From positions 24,861,360-24,925,359 of the forward strand of contig NC_043019.1 in NCBI RefSeq assembly GCF_006345805.1: DNA of 64,000 nucleotides, written 5' to 3'. The position numbers were made by a program, and so were the translations under genes. Under the pieces are notes generated by a model that was not told where the DNA came from, ran no database searches, and worked only from the letters and a program-made list of their open reading frames with translations. Below are positions 25,345 to 37,344 of this stretch, piece after piece (within the stretch, counting starts at the first letter, position 1; every line of letters begins with the position of its first letter). This DNA comes from Octopus sinensis. Lineage: Eukaryota.

Positions 25345-26200
25345 TAAGTCGATTATATCGACCCCAGTACGTAACTGCTACTTATTTTATCGGCCCCGAA
25401 AGGATGACAGGCAAAGTCGACCTCGGCGGAATTTGAACTCGGAACGTAAGGAGCTAAGCATTTTATCTGACGTGCAAACGATTCAGCCAACTCACCACCT
25501 TCCTATTTCTTTTACTACCCACAAGGGGTTAAACAAAGAGAGAACAAACAAGGACAGACAAACGGATTAAGTCGATTATATCGACCCCAGTGCTTAACTG
25601 CTACTTATTTTATCGGCCCCGAAAGGATGACAGGCAAAGTCAACCTCGGCGGAATTTGAACTCGGAACGTAAGGAGCTAAGCATTTTATCTGACGTGCAA
25701 ACGATTCAGCCAACTCACCACCTTCCACCTTACTAATAATTATTTTTTTTTACTACACACAAGGGGCTAAACGCAGAGAGGACAAACAAGGACAGACAAA
25801 CGGATTAAGTCGATTATATCGACCCCAGTGCGTAACTGGTACTTATTTAATCGACCCCGAAAGGATGACAGGCAATGTCGACCTCGGCGGAATTTGAACT
25901 CGGAACGTAAGGAGCTAAGCATTTTATCTGACGTGCAAACGATTCAGCCAACTCACCACCTTCCTATTTCTTTTACTACCCACAAGGGGTTAAACAAAGA
26001 GAGAACAAACAAGGACAGACAAACAGATTAAGTCGATTATATCGACCCCAGTGCTTAACTGCTACTTATTTTATCGGCCCCCGAAAGGATGACAGGCAAA
26101 GTCGATCTCGGCGGAATTTGAACTCGGAACGTAAGGAGCTAAGCATTTTATCTGACGTGCAAACGATTCAGCCAACTCACCACCTTCCACCTTACTAATA
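25345..26200 (-). repeat. Tandem array of four SINE B derivatives with higher-order (461-bp) duplication
   Basis: TAAGTCGATT at 25345, 25568, 25806 and 26029 (periods 223/238/223). Units 1/3 and 2/4 share end sequences. Confidence 0.9.
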
Positions 26201-26854
26201 TTAATAGATGCAAAACGAACAAAAATAATGATAAATCTCAGAGCGAGTTATAAACAGTAGCGGTAACACAACGTGACGCATATATGCCATTTGAATATGG
26301 CTAACCCCTAAGGGTGGATGCTACTGTAGTTTGTAGCCCCAGGAAGATATCTCCTCCAGCTGGCTATAGACACACTATCTGTGTCCTCTCAGTATTTGTG
26401 AAGGGGAGTCATCCTCCCCGTCTTCAACTCATGATACACACGGACCCGAGTTTCAAGAATAGTTAAATAAATAAAACAATAAAAAGCGAGGTGGCTACGA
26501 GCAGGAGCCCAAATCTTGTTAGCAACCGCAACCCACATGATGCGTGGGTGGGTGGACCCTAATATTTATTCCTTGTTTCCTTCTCTAACCCGAGAAAGTG
26601 ACCTTTTCGGCTTGTGTTCTCTCCTTATTTATAGTTTCCTTTTTATCTCGCTAACGGCTTGTTTGTTGACCCTTTCGTAAGGAAGCGGGGAAAGGTCTGT
26701 GCGACACCCGTTTGTGTAACCTAACCTTACTCCTTTACGATATACCATGTCAGTTATGAGTGAAGGAACGAGGAGGAAAGAGAAGAGAAGGATAGTAAGA
26801 AGCAAGGGAAATGGGTGATTTAGCATGCCTTCTTTATGCATGTTATATATAGAA

Positions 26855-27251
26855 CTAGCAGTATCGCCCGGCGTTGCTCGGGTTTGTAAGGGAAATAACT
26901 ATATAAGCATTTTTAGAGAGTTATAGCAAAAAAATAGCAAAAAAATGCATTAAAATGGAAAAAAAATTATGGTAAATTTTTTTTTTAATCGTTGACTCAT
27001 CGTAGACATTTTTAGAGAGTTACTTCCCTTATATAATAGCGAAAAAAATGCATTAAAATGGAAAAAATGATGGTAATTTTTTTTTTAAATCGTAGACTCA
27101 TCGTAGACGCGCGCTAATACCCAGAAGGGCTCGATAGGAATCACGACTATAAGATACCCGGTTTTGGTTAAACTGCACCGCAAAATGTGGGAGTAGTTAG
27201 GAATCTAAATCGTAGGAGACAGACACACAACTTGACTTTTATATATAAAGA
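26855..27251 (-). mobile_element. Non-autonomous Helitron
   Basis: Minus strand A|TCTTTATATATAAAAG ... CCCG-AGCAACGC-CGGG-CGATACTG-CTAG|T: 5' TC, 3' hairpin plus CTAG, A-T insertion, no TSD; internal 99-bp duplication. Confidence 0.85.
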
Positions 27252-27581
27252 TATTTCAGACATAGGCAACCTTTTACGAGAAGCAGGCTGGTTTACAACA
27301 AATGTTGCAAATGTTTGTATATTTACGGTAATGTAAGGGACCACAACGAAACTTGTGAAAGCGTCAAACTGATAGGATCGTTACCGCACCGGACGAAATA
27401 TTTGGCGGGCATTTCTCCAACGCTCTTCAATCTTTCATAAGTACCAGTTGATCACCGGGGTCAATGAAATAGGCTGGATCTACCCCGTCCTCAAAATTTC
27501 GGGCCAAAAAGAATTATACAAAACTTGTAATTAATCCTTTTGCCGAACCGCTAAGATACAGGGGCATAATCACACCAATAC

Positions 27582-27718
27582 CTATTTCTTTATTACTCAA
27601 AAGGGGCTAAACACAGAGGGGACAAACAAGGACAGACATAGGTATTAAGTCGATTACATCGACCCCAGTGCGTAACTGGTACTTAATTTATCGATCCCGA
27701 AAGGATAAAAGGCAAAGT
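27582..27718 (-). mobile_element. SINE B 3' part inserted in a SINE A relic
   Basis: B tail CTATTTCTTTATT...GGGGCTAAACAC lies between A segments (27536-27581 and 27725-27895). Confidence 0.7.
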
Positions 27719-29514
27719 TAAGCAATGTTGGGACACACACACATACACTAATATATATATATATATATATATATACAGGACGAATTTCTTTCAATTTCCG
27801 TCTGCTAAATCCACTCATAAGACTTTGGGTGACCCAAAATGCCACGCAGTGGAACTGAAACCGGAACGATGTTGTTGAGAAGCAAACTTCTAACACCTCC
27901 ATCCTAGTGATGATGTTCATGTTGATGATAACGAAATCGAGACTAAATATAAAGAATTTGAGGTTGATGTTGATGAAATTTAGGTTGTCAATATCAAAGC
28001 TGAGGGGCAAACCGAGTATATCTATATATGTATCAAAAGTAATTGGGTCTCCGTCGGTTTCAACGATGAGTAATGAGTTGTTCGATCAACCGAACACTCA
28101 GTGAATTAATGTATGTGGTACTGAGTATTGCACAGACACGCGCTTCTCCTTAACGTAATTCTTAGTTAGAAACCGCCTAAGAGCGCACGTGACAAGGTCA
28201 CCTCTGTGTATGATGTTCACCTGACGGGCTTTCCATCCACTCAGTTTCGCCCACAACGTATAAGGCTGGAAAAAGTTACAGCAAAACAAACTCGGAAATC
28301 AAGGATCGATCCGGGTCTTCCTGATTCAAAGCGAATTCACTATTGCAGGCACGCACGTACACACACACACACACATACACACAAACACAAACACACACAC
28401 ACACACACACTTATATTATTTCCTTTACATATTTATTTTTCCACAACTGCTCACGCCTATTAGTTTGGGCTCCAGGGAGACATCTCAAATACCAGAGACC
28501 AAAGTGTTCACTGATATTCGTGAAACTCCGAGTCGTAAGAGATATTAATTTCAGCTCTACCATATATATTTACACACTGCATCTCTGTTGAGTACTTCTT
28601 TCTCTTGATTCTTAACTCACGCATATACACACATATATACACATACATATATGTGCGTGTGCGTTATCTGCAATGCCTCCCAGTAAGATAATGTCTACGA
28701 AAATAAAGATAGGTCATCGGTTGTGTCTGTTGAAAACAACAGTCATTCTATGATTAATATAATTATCTCTTTAAATGTCTATTTTGGTCTCAAATAAAGT
28801 CTGCTTTAAGAGAGAAACAGCATTTACCAAAGTCATTAAGTATATTTCCATGAGCAGATATGCTTTACCAATATGGCTTCTAGGTTCAAATCACACTGCA
28901 AATTTAAAATAAAAAACATTTAAAAAAGTCAACCATGCCGCCGCTTTATCGTATAACTTTGTTCATTTAGCTGGCCCCCAAATCTCTATCATAGAAATCC
29001 TTACCATAAATTCCACTAGGCCCCCTCCTCTCCTCAATAATGAGTAGCGTTGTTTTATGTTAGAGACTCCCCCCACCATTATCATTTTCTTATGGCAGTG
29101 ACTGGTGGAATCTGTAGAGTATGGTACAAGTTGCGTCTCTTTAGATTCTGGGTTCAATTCTCACTGAGGTCAAATTTGAATTTCAGCTATCCTGTGTGTT
29201 AAAATAAGTCCCAGTAGTGTATTATGATATATTTCATGGACTATGTTCTCTCCTACAAATTCCTGCTTTATTCAAATTTATGAAATAATCGGAGTTTAAC
29301 ATGCCTTTCAAGTGAGTTTATCAGGGACCGCGTGTTAAACCTGAAGTAAATACATCGTGAAAGAACCGTTTAGTAATAAACAAAACTGTTAAATTCCCTT
29401 AAATACTTGGTGTATTATTAAATGGCTATTCCGCGATGCAGTTGCTTCAGATATCTTCACCATTGTCATTTACTTTCCCTAACTTATACATATATTATAT
29501 GTATCTTTTATCTA

Positions 29515-30485
29515 TTATTAATTTCAGTCATCAGACTACGGCCATGCTGGAGCGCCGCCTTGAAGAATTTTCTAGTCGAATAAATCGAGCCTCGTACTTT
29601 TTAAAGTACTTATTACCTTTTTTTTATTTATTCTATCGATCACTTTTGTCGAGCCGCTAAGTGCGGTGATGGGGACAAATACACACACAAAGACACGCAT
29701 ACACAAAGATACAAATATATACATTGGGCTTCTTTCAGTTTCTATCTATTAAATATGCACACAAAGGTTTGGTCGGTACGAAGCTTTAGTAGAATGCACC
29801 CGCCCAAAGTGTTACGCGGTGGGACTGAACCCTGTACCAAGCTCTTTACTACACAGCCACGCCAACATACGCTCACAGATGCTCGCACACCCATACATTG
29901 TCTTAAGCGTATTATGCGCGGGCGTGGCTCTTTGGTAAGAAGCTTGCTTCACAAACCACATGGTTCCAGGCCGAGTTTCACTGCTCGGCACCTTGAACAA
30001 GAGTTTTCTACTATAGCCCCGGCCCGACCAAAGCCTTGTGAGAGGATTTAGTTGATGGAAACTAAAAGAATGCCATGATATATATATATATATTGAGAGA
30101 GTGAGTGAGAGAGAGAGAGAGAGATGTATGTATGTATGTATGTATGTATGTATGTATGTATGTATTATGTATGTATGTATGTATGTATGTATGTATGTAT
30201 GTGTATGTATGTATGTATGTATGTATGATGTATGTATGTATGTATGTATGTATGTATGTATGTATGTATGTATGTATGATGTATGTATGTATGTATGTAT
30301 GTATGTATGTATGTATGTATGCCTTTGTGTCTGCCTCCATCCACAGCTTGACAGCCGGCGTTGGTGTAGTTACGTCCCCGTAAATTAACGGTTCGGCAAA
30401 CGCGATCGATAGAATAATTACCAGGTTTAAAAGAGTACATGGCTGCAGTCCAATGATTGGAACAAGTAAACGACAAAAGATAAAA
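29515..30485. mobile_element. Two degenerate SINE A copies head-to-head
   Basis: Minus copy about 29515-29870; plus copy about 29917-30485 with internal (TATG)n. Confidence 0.65.
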
Positions 30486-30627
30486 GCGCCTAGATGCTGC
30501 ACCAGAGAACACTAGGACACTTATCCAGTAGAAACACGTGTCGGATTGGAATTTAGTGGAATGTGCAAATTTTGAAAATGTATAATTCTTCATTCTTCTT
30601 AATGAAGTTTTGATTTTGTGTATATAT

Positions 30628-30834
30628 GGAGGCGCAATGGCCTAGTGGTTAGGGCAGCGGACTCGCGGTCGCAGGATCGCGGTTTCGATTCTCAGACCGG
30701 GCGTTGTGTGTGTTTATTGAGCGAAAACACCTAAAAGCTCTACGAGGCTCCGGCAGGGGGTGGTGAATCCTGCTGTACTCTTTCACCACAATGGCGGTGC
30801 CCCAGCATGGCCACAGCTCAAGAGCTGAAACTGG
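30628..30834 (+). mobile_element. Chimeric SINE: family C head joined to an A-related tail
   Basis: C head and body to 30790, then GGCGGTGCCCCAGCATGGCCACAGC...CTGAAAC (compare A tail GGCGGTGCTCCAGCATGGCCGCAG...CTGAAAC). Confidence 0.7.
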
Positions 30835-30859
30835 AAAAAACAAAAACAAAAACAAAAAC

Positions 30860-30896
<37 letters not shown>

Positions 30897-31513
30897 TGCG
30901 TACAGGTCAATGTGCAGACATTGACCAGATAACGTTGAGCCTAAGGGTCTGTGAGTCATATCAACCTCTCTATTATGACACGGCCTACCATAGGTATTGC
31001 CTCACCTCCTTTTGATTAACTTATATAAAAAAAAAATAATTAAACAATTCTTAGTCGGGAATTAATTTGACTCTGTCTCTGGCTCCTACCAGACGTTCTT
31101 CAGGCGATACATATAAAAATGAACAGTTGAAGAACTGTATACTAACAACAGAGAGAGAGAGAGTATCCCGGCATGGCGACAGGAGGCCGATTATAATGTT
31201 GATACAGTACGGAGTAACATCCGTCTATGTCACCGAGTGAAGTTTACTGGGTCGAACTGACACAAGGAAAGATAACGGGGGGAACTGTGTAACTTTGTTT
31301 GTATTTCCTCGTGCCACAGACGATAAGTACAACTCCTCTAAACTGGATGTCCTTGGGGCAAAGCAAGACTATTTTCGAGTATCACTTTCGTCTTTTAACT
31401 CTTCACTCTCGCTATTATTGTTGTTGCTGCTTTTGTTGTTGTTCCTGCTGCTTTTGTTATTTTTAATCAATTAACACCTTACCCTTGAAACTGTTGACCT
31501 CATTCTTGAATTA

Positions 31514-31653
31514 TAAGGTTGTCCCAAAAGTTCGTAGAAAGTCTTGGAAAATAATGGTCTTTATTTTGAGGAATAATTTTGTTGTTTTTGTTAGTACTTG
31601 GCGAGTAAAAATTCAATTTTCGCAAGTGTTTACGAACTTTTGGGACAACCTAA
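31514..31653. mobile_element. 140-bp mariner-type MITE with perfect 21-bp TIR core
   Basis: TA|TA-AGGTTGTCCCAAAAGTTCGTA ... TACGAACTTTTGGGACAACCT-AA|TA. Confidence 0.88.
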
Positions 31654-31889
31654 TATTATTATTGGTAAAATTTTACCAAAATTTAAAATTCCTCTGAATT
31701 TATTGTATTACAATTTATGTCCAACTCCCGTTTACGATATTTATGTACAGTCTCACATAATGTGTAAACCCTTTGAATGACACGTTTTGTATTATGTTTA
31801 TGAACATCTGTACGAATAAAGAAATGATTGAGTCTAATCTGTCAGTTTTAGCAAGGCGCAGGCAATTAGAGAAGTTTGCAGAGCGATTA

Positions 31890-32125
31890 GAATGTGTCCT
31901 TCAGCTAGACACTTTATATCACGTTGCTCCAGTCCACTCAGCTGGCAAAAATGAGTTGTACAGCCTGTATTTCAAGGGGACAGCCTTGTTACATTCCGTG
32001 TCACACTGACTCTCCCTGAGAACTACATTAAGGGTACATGTGTCAGTGGAGTGCTCAGCCACATGCACGTTAATATCACGAACATGCCGTTCCGTTGATC
32101 GGATCAACTGGAATACTCGTGGCCA
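31890..32125 (+). mobile_element. SINE D, 5'-truncated and degenerate
   Basis: CACGTTGCTCCAGTCCACTCAGCTGGCAAAAATGAGTTG body. Confidence 0.75.
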
Positions 32126-32170
32126 GCGCGTGCATGTATGCATGCATGCATGTATGTATGTATGTATGTA

Positions 32171-32366
32171 TATAAAGGGAAAGTTTACGAAAATAAACAA
32201 AAAGACGAAGGCAGGTGGAGTACAAACAAATAAATGTATTAGTATAGCGCTCAGGAATAGAAAAAGTCTTTTACGTTTCGAGCCTACGCTCTTCGACAGA
32301 AAGATACACAGAAAAAAACAAGGAGAGAAAAAATGCGTGTAGGAGCTAACGATCTATCATGGCGTC
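32171..32366 (-). mobile_element. Family E element with minimal hammerhead-like motif (32267-32304)
   Basis: Minus strand UCUUU-CUGUCGA-A-GAGC-GUAG-GCUC-GAAACGUA-AAAGA. Confidence 0.7.
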
Positions 32367-32879
32367 CTGACTCCATGCCTTTGTGTCTGCCTCCATCCAC
32401 AGTTTGACAACCGGCGGAAGGAAAAAAAGACACAGCGCTTAGGATGTGCTTGACTCTTAAACTTTGCGAGACACAAAGCACGTTATTCGTAATAGGAACG
32501 GAAGCTAGTTGTCAGGTACGGGTGGTAGAACTCCACACTTCGATATTTGGCGGACTGCAGAAGGTGCATGCTATTCTATTCCAAGATGAGTAGGCTCTTA
32601 TCAGCGGTATTTTTGCCAAATCTTCTGCAAGCAGCGACGGACTAGAAATGGTGTATGCTAATATCTACCATAACGATCTACCCCGACTCTCAGTCGAAAA
32701 CGCAGACTACAACTAAAAACATATTCCAGCACTGTAATCTTGAAAATTTGAATCAGCTGTGCCACGGACAAGAAGCCGGTACTGGTTCCACTGCGAATTA
32801 TAGAGTTTCATGTTAAACTTGTACACTTCTGTCTTAATGACCGTCCATAAATGATAATTGGCATTTAGACATGTCGTAT

Positions 32880-33360
32880 TCTGCTGCTAGGACTGCATCC
32901 CAAGTTGTATGGCTCTAATAGTAATGTCACAGATGGAGAAGAATCCAAACGAGGAGGATATAATAAACAGGTTGAAGACCAAAACTCTACTTAACACAGA
33001 GTTAAAGATTTTGGCAAAAGTGCTCGATAAGAGATTTGCGCTTGTCGGAGACAGTATAGTAGGATAAACACAAATCTGAGCGATTCCCCGCATGTCTATG
33101 TAGCTTTTGGGGGCCCTTATCAATCTCTGTCTGCTAAACCGCACAACAGGACGCCTATTACTAACTAGTAACTGTTCTAGACAAAGCACGTTTTTTTAGT
33201 CCCATCTTCTAACGTTGGATCACTACAATGTACAGCGGCATTTGTTTAATGGTTAAACTAAACGGCCTCCTATCAGAACCGTTTCGTATCGTGCGCTCGG
33301 TGCCCTAAAGATACCCCTAATTCACCTCTACAGTATGTAATAACGTTTGAGTCTTTTTGG
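32880..33360 (+). pseudogene. L1/Tx1-like reverse transcriptase relic
   Basis: TLLNTELKILAKVLDKRF (about 32984-33040) and WITTMYSGICLMVKLNGLLSEPFRIVRSV match L1-clade RT blocks; multiple stops; true extent probably larger. Confidence 0.75.
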
Positions 33361-34236
33361 TTGCTGGAAGCGAAGGGCTGTGTCGGCAAGCATAGAGAAC
33401 ATTATTGTCATGGTGTGTGACACATCGGATATCAAATTGGTTGGTACTATTTTAGAAAAGCACGAGGAAATATTAGGATTACATGTTAGTAGGGATTATT
33501 CAACGGCTTATAACTCATCGTCAGCAGGGATAAAGTCACGTGGGCTGGTGGTTTCTGTTACTGAACTTAGGGTCCAGTTAAGCTGCTTTGGATTTGTTTC
33601 GAGCCAAATCTTACGACTCTTTATGTACAGTGTTCAAATCCCGCCGAGATGAACCTTGCCTTTCATTCTTCTGGAGTCGATAAAATAAAGAACCACTCAA
33701 GTACTGGGGTCGATATAATCGACTGATACCTTCCACCAAAATTTCTAGCCTTTCCCAAGAAACTGTTGTTGTTCTTGTTGTTGTCGGGATTGGCAGAATC
33801 GCTAGAACGTCGAACTTGCGGCATCTGTCCGTCGTCTCTTCAAGTTCTGAGTTTCAAATCCCACACAGGACAGCCTCTGCCTTTCATCCCGTAGAAGTCG
33901 ACGTGAAAAAGTACCAGTCATACACTGGAGTTGGTATAATCAACTTACAACCCACCAAAATTTATTTAACCTGTACATATGTTAGAAATTATTGTAGTAG
34001 TAGTAGTAGTAGTAGCAGCAGAAGCAGCGGCAGCACCTACCACCAGCTACAAAATCCCATCACTGTCACTATCAATGCAATATCATCATCATCATCAACA
34101 TTGCCATCATCACATTTTTTTTCTTGTATTGTTTCTCTTATTGTATTTTGTTGTATCATTTGTCTTGTTGCTTGCAGACAGAATTCTGTTCCTTTGTGAT
34201 TAAGAAATGGGTAATATAACTATATATATATATATA

Positions 34237-34620
34237 AATGAAAGAAGGGAGTTGAACGACGATTTAACAAAATTCCTTTATTCTCGACATATGTTTCGAA
34301 GGCTGCATATTCCTAATTTCGAAGGAATAAAGGGTGCATTATGCCGCCTTCTCATCAGGAAAAACAAGGAACTTATGTCAACATCAAGATGAACAAAAAC
34401 TTTTAGATGACTGCCCACACGGAGCCCATAGGAATTTTGTTAAATAGTCGTTCAACTCCATTCTTTCATTTATTTGTATTGAAAAAACACACAAATTTCC
34501 ACACGAAAGCACGTGATCTCTGCCCTTGGCATGTAGCTTCAACCGTGTTTTTCTGACGTGAATTTGCTACCCAGGTATCGGTTAACCGAATTATCCATAC
34601 TAAGATAATTCATTCAACTA
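34237..34620. mobile_element. Hammerhead-bearing repeat J with internal inverted arrangement (Penelope-like terminal repeat relic?)
   Basis: 34237-34340 matches 42390-42490 directly, while 34446-34615 matches 42232-42410 in reverse complement. Confidence 0.6.
34281..34363 (-). ncRNA. Canonical type I hammerhead ribozyme (predicted)
   Basis: UUUUC-CUGAUGA-GAAGGC(G)GCAUA...UAUGC(A)GCCUUC-GAAA-CAUAUG-UC-GAGAA. All core nucleotides present, G10.1-C11.1 pair, 5-bp helix I (one G-U), palindromic helix III ACAUAUGU. Predicted cut between 34286 and 34285. Activity not tested. Confidence 0.75.
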
Positions 34621-34738
<118 letters not shown>

Positions 34739-35559
34739 AATTTCCCCTGATAAGAATAGAACTTGTGATGTTGTTTCCGCGGTTTTCATAAATGAATAAA
34801 TAACAGGCGTGATTTGGGATTGAGAAGCACTTGGGTGTACAGCTATAGTTGCAGTCTTTACTGCAAGCAAAATACACTGCACATCTATTTTTATTTGTTG
34901 TATTACTTAGAGAGAGGAAGGGATGCGTGCCATAGTCGGTGGCGACCCCTATTGTGTAACTGTGGTGGATGGTTGAGGGTATTAACGAGGATATTGTTTT
35001 TGTTGGGGCGGGTTGTCAGCGATGGCCGCTTGTTTGTTTGAAACATGTGCTGAGAGAATGTGCTATTACTGATTGCTAGGAATGATACAAAAATGCATGT
35101 TGTTTTTGTTCACATACACATGTACATATATGCATACGTACATACATAGATATTGTTTGATGTGGGTTGCTTTTATGTGAGAAAAGCATTTTTCTATTAA
35201 TAAATTTAAATATTTAATTTCCACTAATAATTGTCTCATATTTAGCTTCAGTTTCTGTCGGAAATATAAACAAATTCGTTATAAATAGATTGCAGAGTAA
35301 CCGCTGGAGATTTGCTTATTTTTTCGTTTCAGTTGTTTTTCTTAAAAAAAAACAAAATGTGATTCACCCGAGTTAAAGGAAATAAGAGTGAAAGTCAAAA
35401 ACTGCTTCGTTAATATTTTGTGAGTGGATGAGTGGATAATAAATAAATAAGTTAAGAAATATAGGAAACTGTTGAATTTAGGGATGAGACAAGGAAATGC
35501 GCAGAATCAAATGTGTGGATAATTATTATAAAAAAAATATTAAAACTGACTAATAGTTA

Positions 35560-36400
35560 GATTAGTGGGTCGAAGAGGAAATACGACCAGCTATGTTTGT
35601 GGGCTGACGAAGACATTCTGACGTTTTGGTGGCATGTAAATAGATAAGGAAATACCGATTCTTTGGTCTGTGGGAAGAAAAGGAAATACCTAGAGCTATG
35701 TCTGTTGGTAAACAGAGGATATAGTTAATAAGCAGACGTCTGTGTAAACATGGAGATTGGTATGGCCAATGCTGTGGTCTGAGAAGAGAATAAATTCGGT
35801 TAAAGCCGCGGATAGACAAGGAAACAGTGTGGGTTAAGTACGTGGTTGAAAAATAAATGCTTTTATGAAAATCTGTGGGTAAACAAAGAAATATCTACAA
35901 CTATATTTGTAAGTGGATAAAGTAATAAATATCACTGAATTTCTGAGTAGATAAGTGAAATCTTTGAGACTGTTATGATTTGCCATAATTACACCGATTC
36001 ATGAACTCTGATAAGGAATAGAAATGTGTATAAAATTTCCCACTCTCTTTGACTGGATGATAGACAAAAACCACCCGAGTGAATTTAATATGGCTAATGT
36101 TGAATTTGAAATCTTTCAGCTGTGGGAAAAAATTGAGCAAGGATGGATTGCCGGACCAGGGAATAAACCCTGCTAAGTTATAAATGATGGAAGTTAATTA
36201 AGTCAGGGTTTACAGACTGAGAGATGATGAGTTTAGACTAATTGGATAAAATCAGACATAGTCAGCTGCAAGAGTAAAGAAGGAATTCTAACATCTTGAT
36301 ATTTGAATAAACCAGCTTGAAGTATATTAACGCTAAATGTCTTAATACTAACACGAAGCATGTTAGAACAATGATTGGCAGTGTTTTGGGAACTCTTGGA
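35560..36400 (-). pseudogene. Decayed apurinic-endonuclease (APE) domain of a CR1/L2-group LINE
   Basis: Fragments in shifting frames: V*THHLSVCKP, LYPLTNIVV, YLTHTV...SIR, PFLPTDQRIGISLS, in the order expected for LINE APE motifs; by-eye match only. Confidence 0.45.
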
Positions 36401-37224
36401 AAAGTAGTGCCTCATCACTAGGTTTACCATTCTGTCAGTCTGCTGCAAAAGTGACAACATGCTAAGGGAACACTGTCTCAGACTGTCACTTTTATGTTGC
36501 ATTAGACATGTACCGCAGCACAAGTCTATGGATCGATCTATATCACATTCTGCTGGCCACTTCATCTCGCGTCGGTCCCAGAAAACCACATGGACAACAA
36601 CGTGTACCATGCTTCCCTCGATAAACAAGACCATGTCCCACTCCTTGATCAAAGCAGCCTTTGATTTGCCTTTAGAGGACATGTGAAAAACCTCTTCTAT
36701 TCGTGAAGCAGATACGTCAACTTCCTTCATGGCTGCTATTAGACAAATTTATCGGGTAGAGAGACACAGTGAGTCATAGGTGCTTCTCAGACTGGACATT
36801 GAGAAATCTAAAATTTCTTGTGTGGACGCGACCTTAGCAAAGCTGCGATGTTTTGTTGTTTGTTTAGCAGATCAAAATCCACAGAAATATAATTTTTGCT
36901 TCTTCATAATAATGTGTGCTCTGTTTTGCAATATTTTTGCCTTTTCCTTCCTTTTTTTTTTTGTTTCTTTTATGTACAGCAGGCAAAGATTTTTACTTGG
37001 AGGCAACGTTAACGTTTCTCGTTAACGTTAAGTTAAAATATCCTTTTTTCTTTTCCAGTCTAGTCGAAAAAAATTCAACAAATTGCTTGCCTTTTTTCAA
37101 ACAGTTCAAATGACTCGACAAAGAAATGGTGATTCATTCAGATCAGAAAAAAAATCTACAAAAAAAGAGTTTTTAAACAAGTCTTGCTACAGTAAAATTC
37201 ACAGATAATAATGATTTCTAATAT

Positions 37225-37225
37225 A

Positions 37226-37311
<86 letters not shown>
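37225..37311. repeat. (AAT)n immediately upstream of the VWA terminal-exon acceptor
   Basis: Pure tract ending about 33 bp before the AG at 37343-37344. Confidence 0.95.
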
Positions 37312-37312
<1 letters not shown>

Positions 37313-37344
37313 TCAATATTTTTATTTTCTTTTTCTAATTTTAG

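Noticed and set aside
25345-26200. CRISPR-like regular repeats
   Set aside because: Units are whole SINE copies without unique spacers; eukaryotic context, no cas genes.
27900-28075. Acidic protein-like frame (VDDNEIETKYKEFEVDVDEI)
   Set aside because: Internal stop, no splice sites, no recognisable family.
36233-36730. 165-aa minus-strand ORF as a host gene
   Set aside because: Its 3' end runs into frameshifted LINE endonuclease-like motifs; more likely TE-derived.
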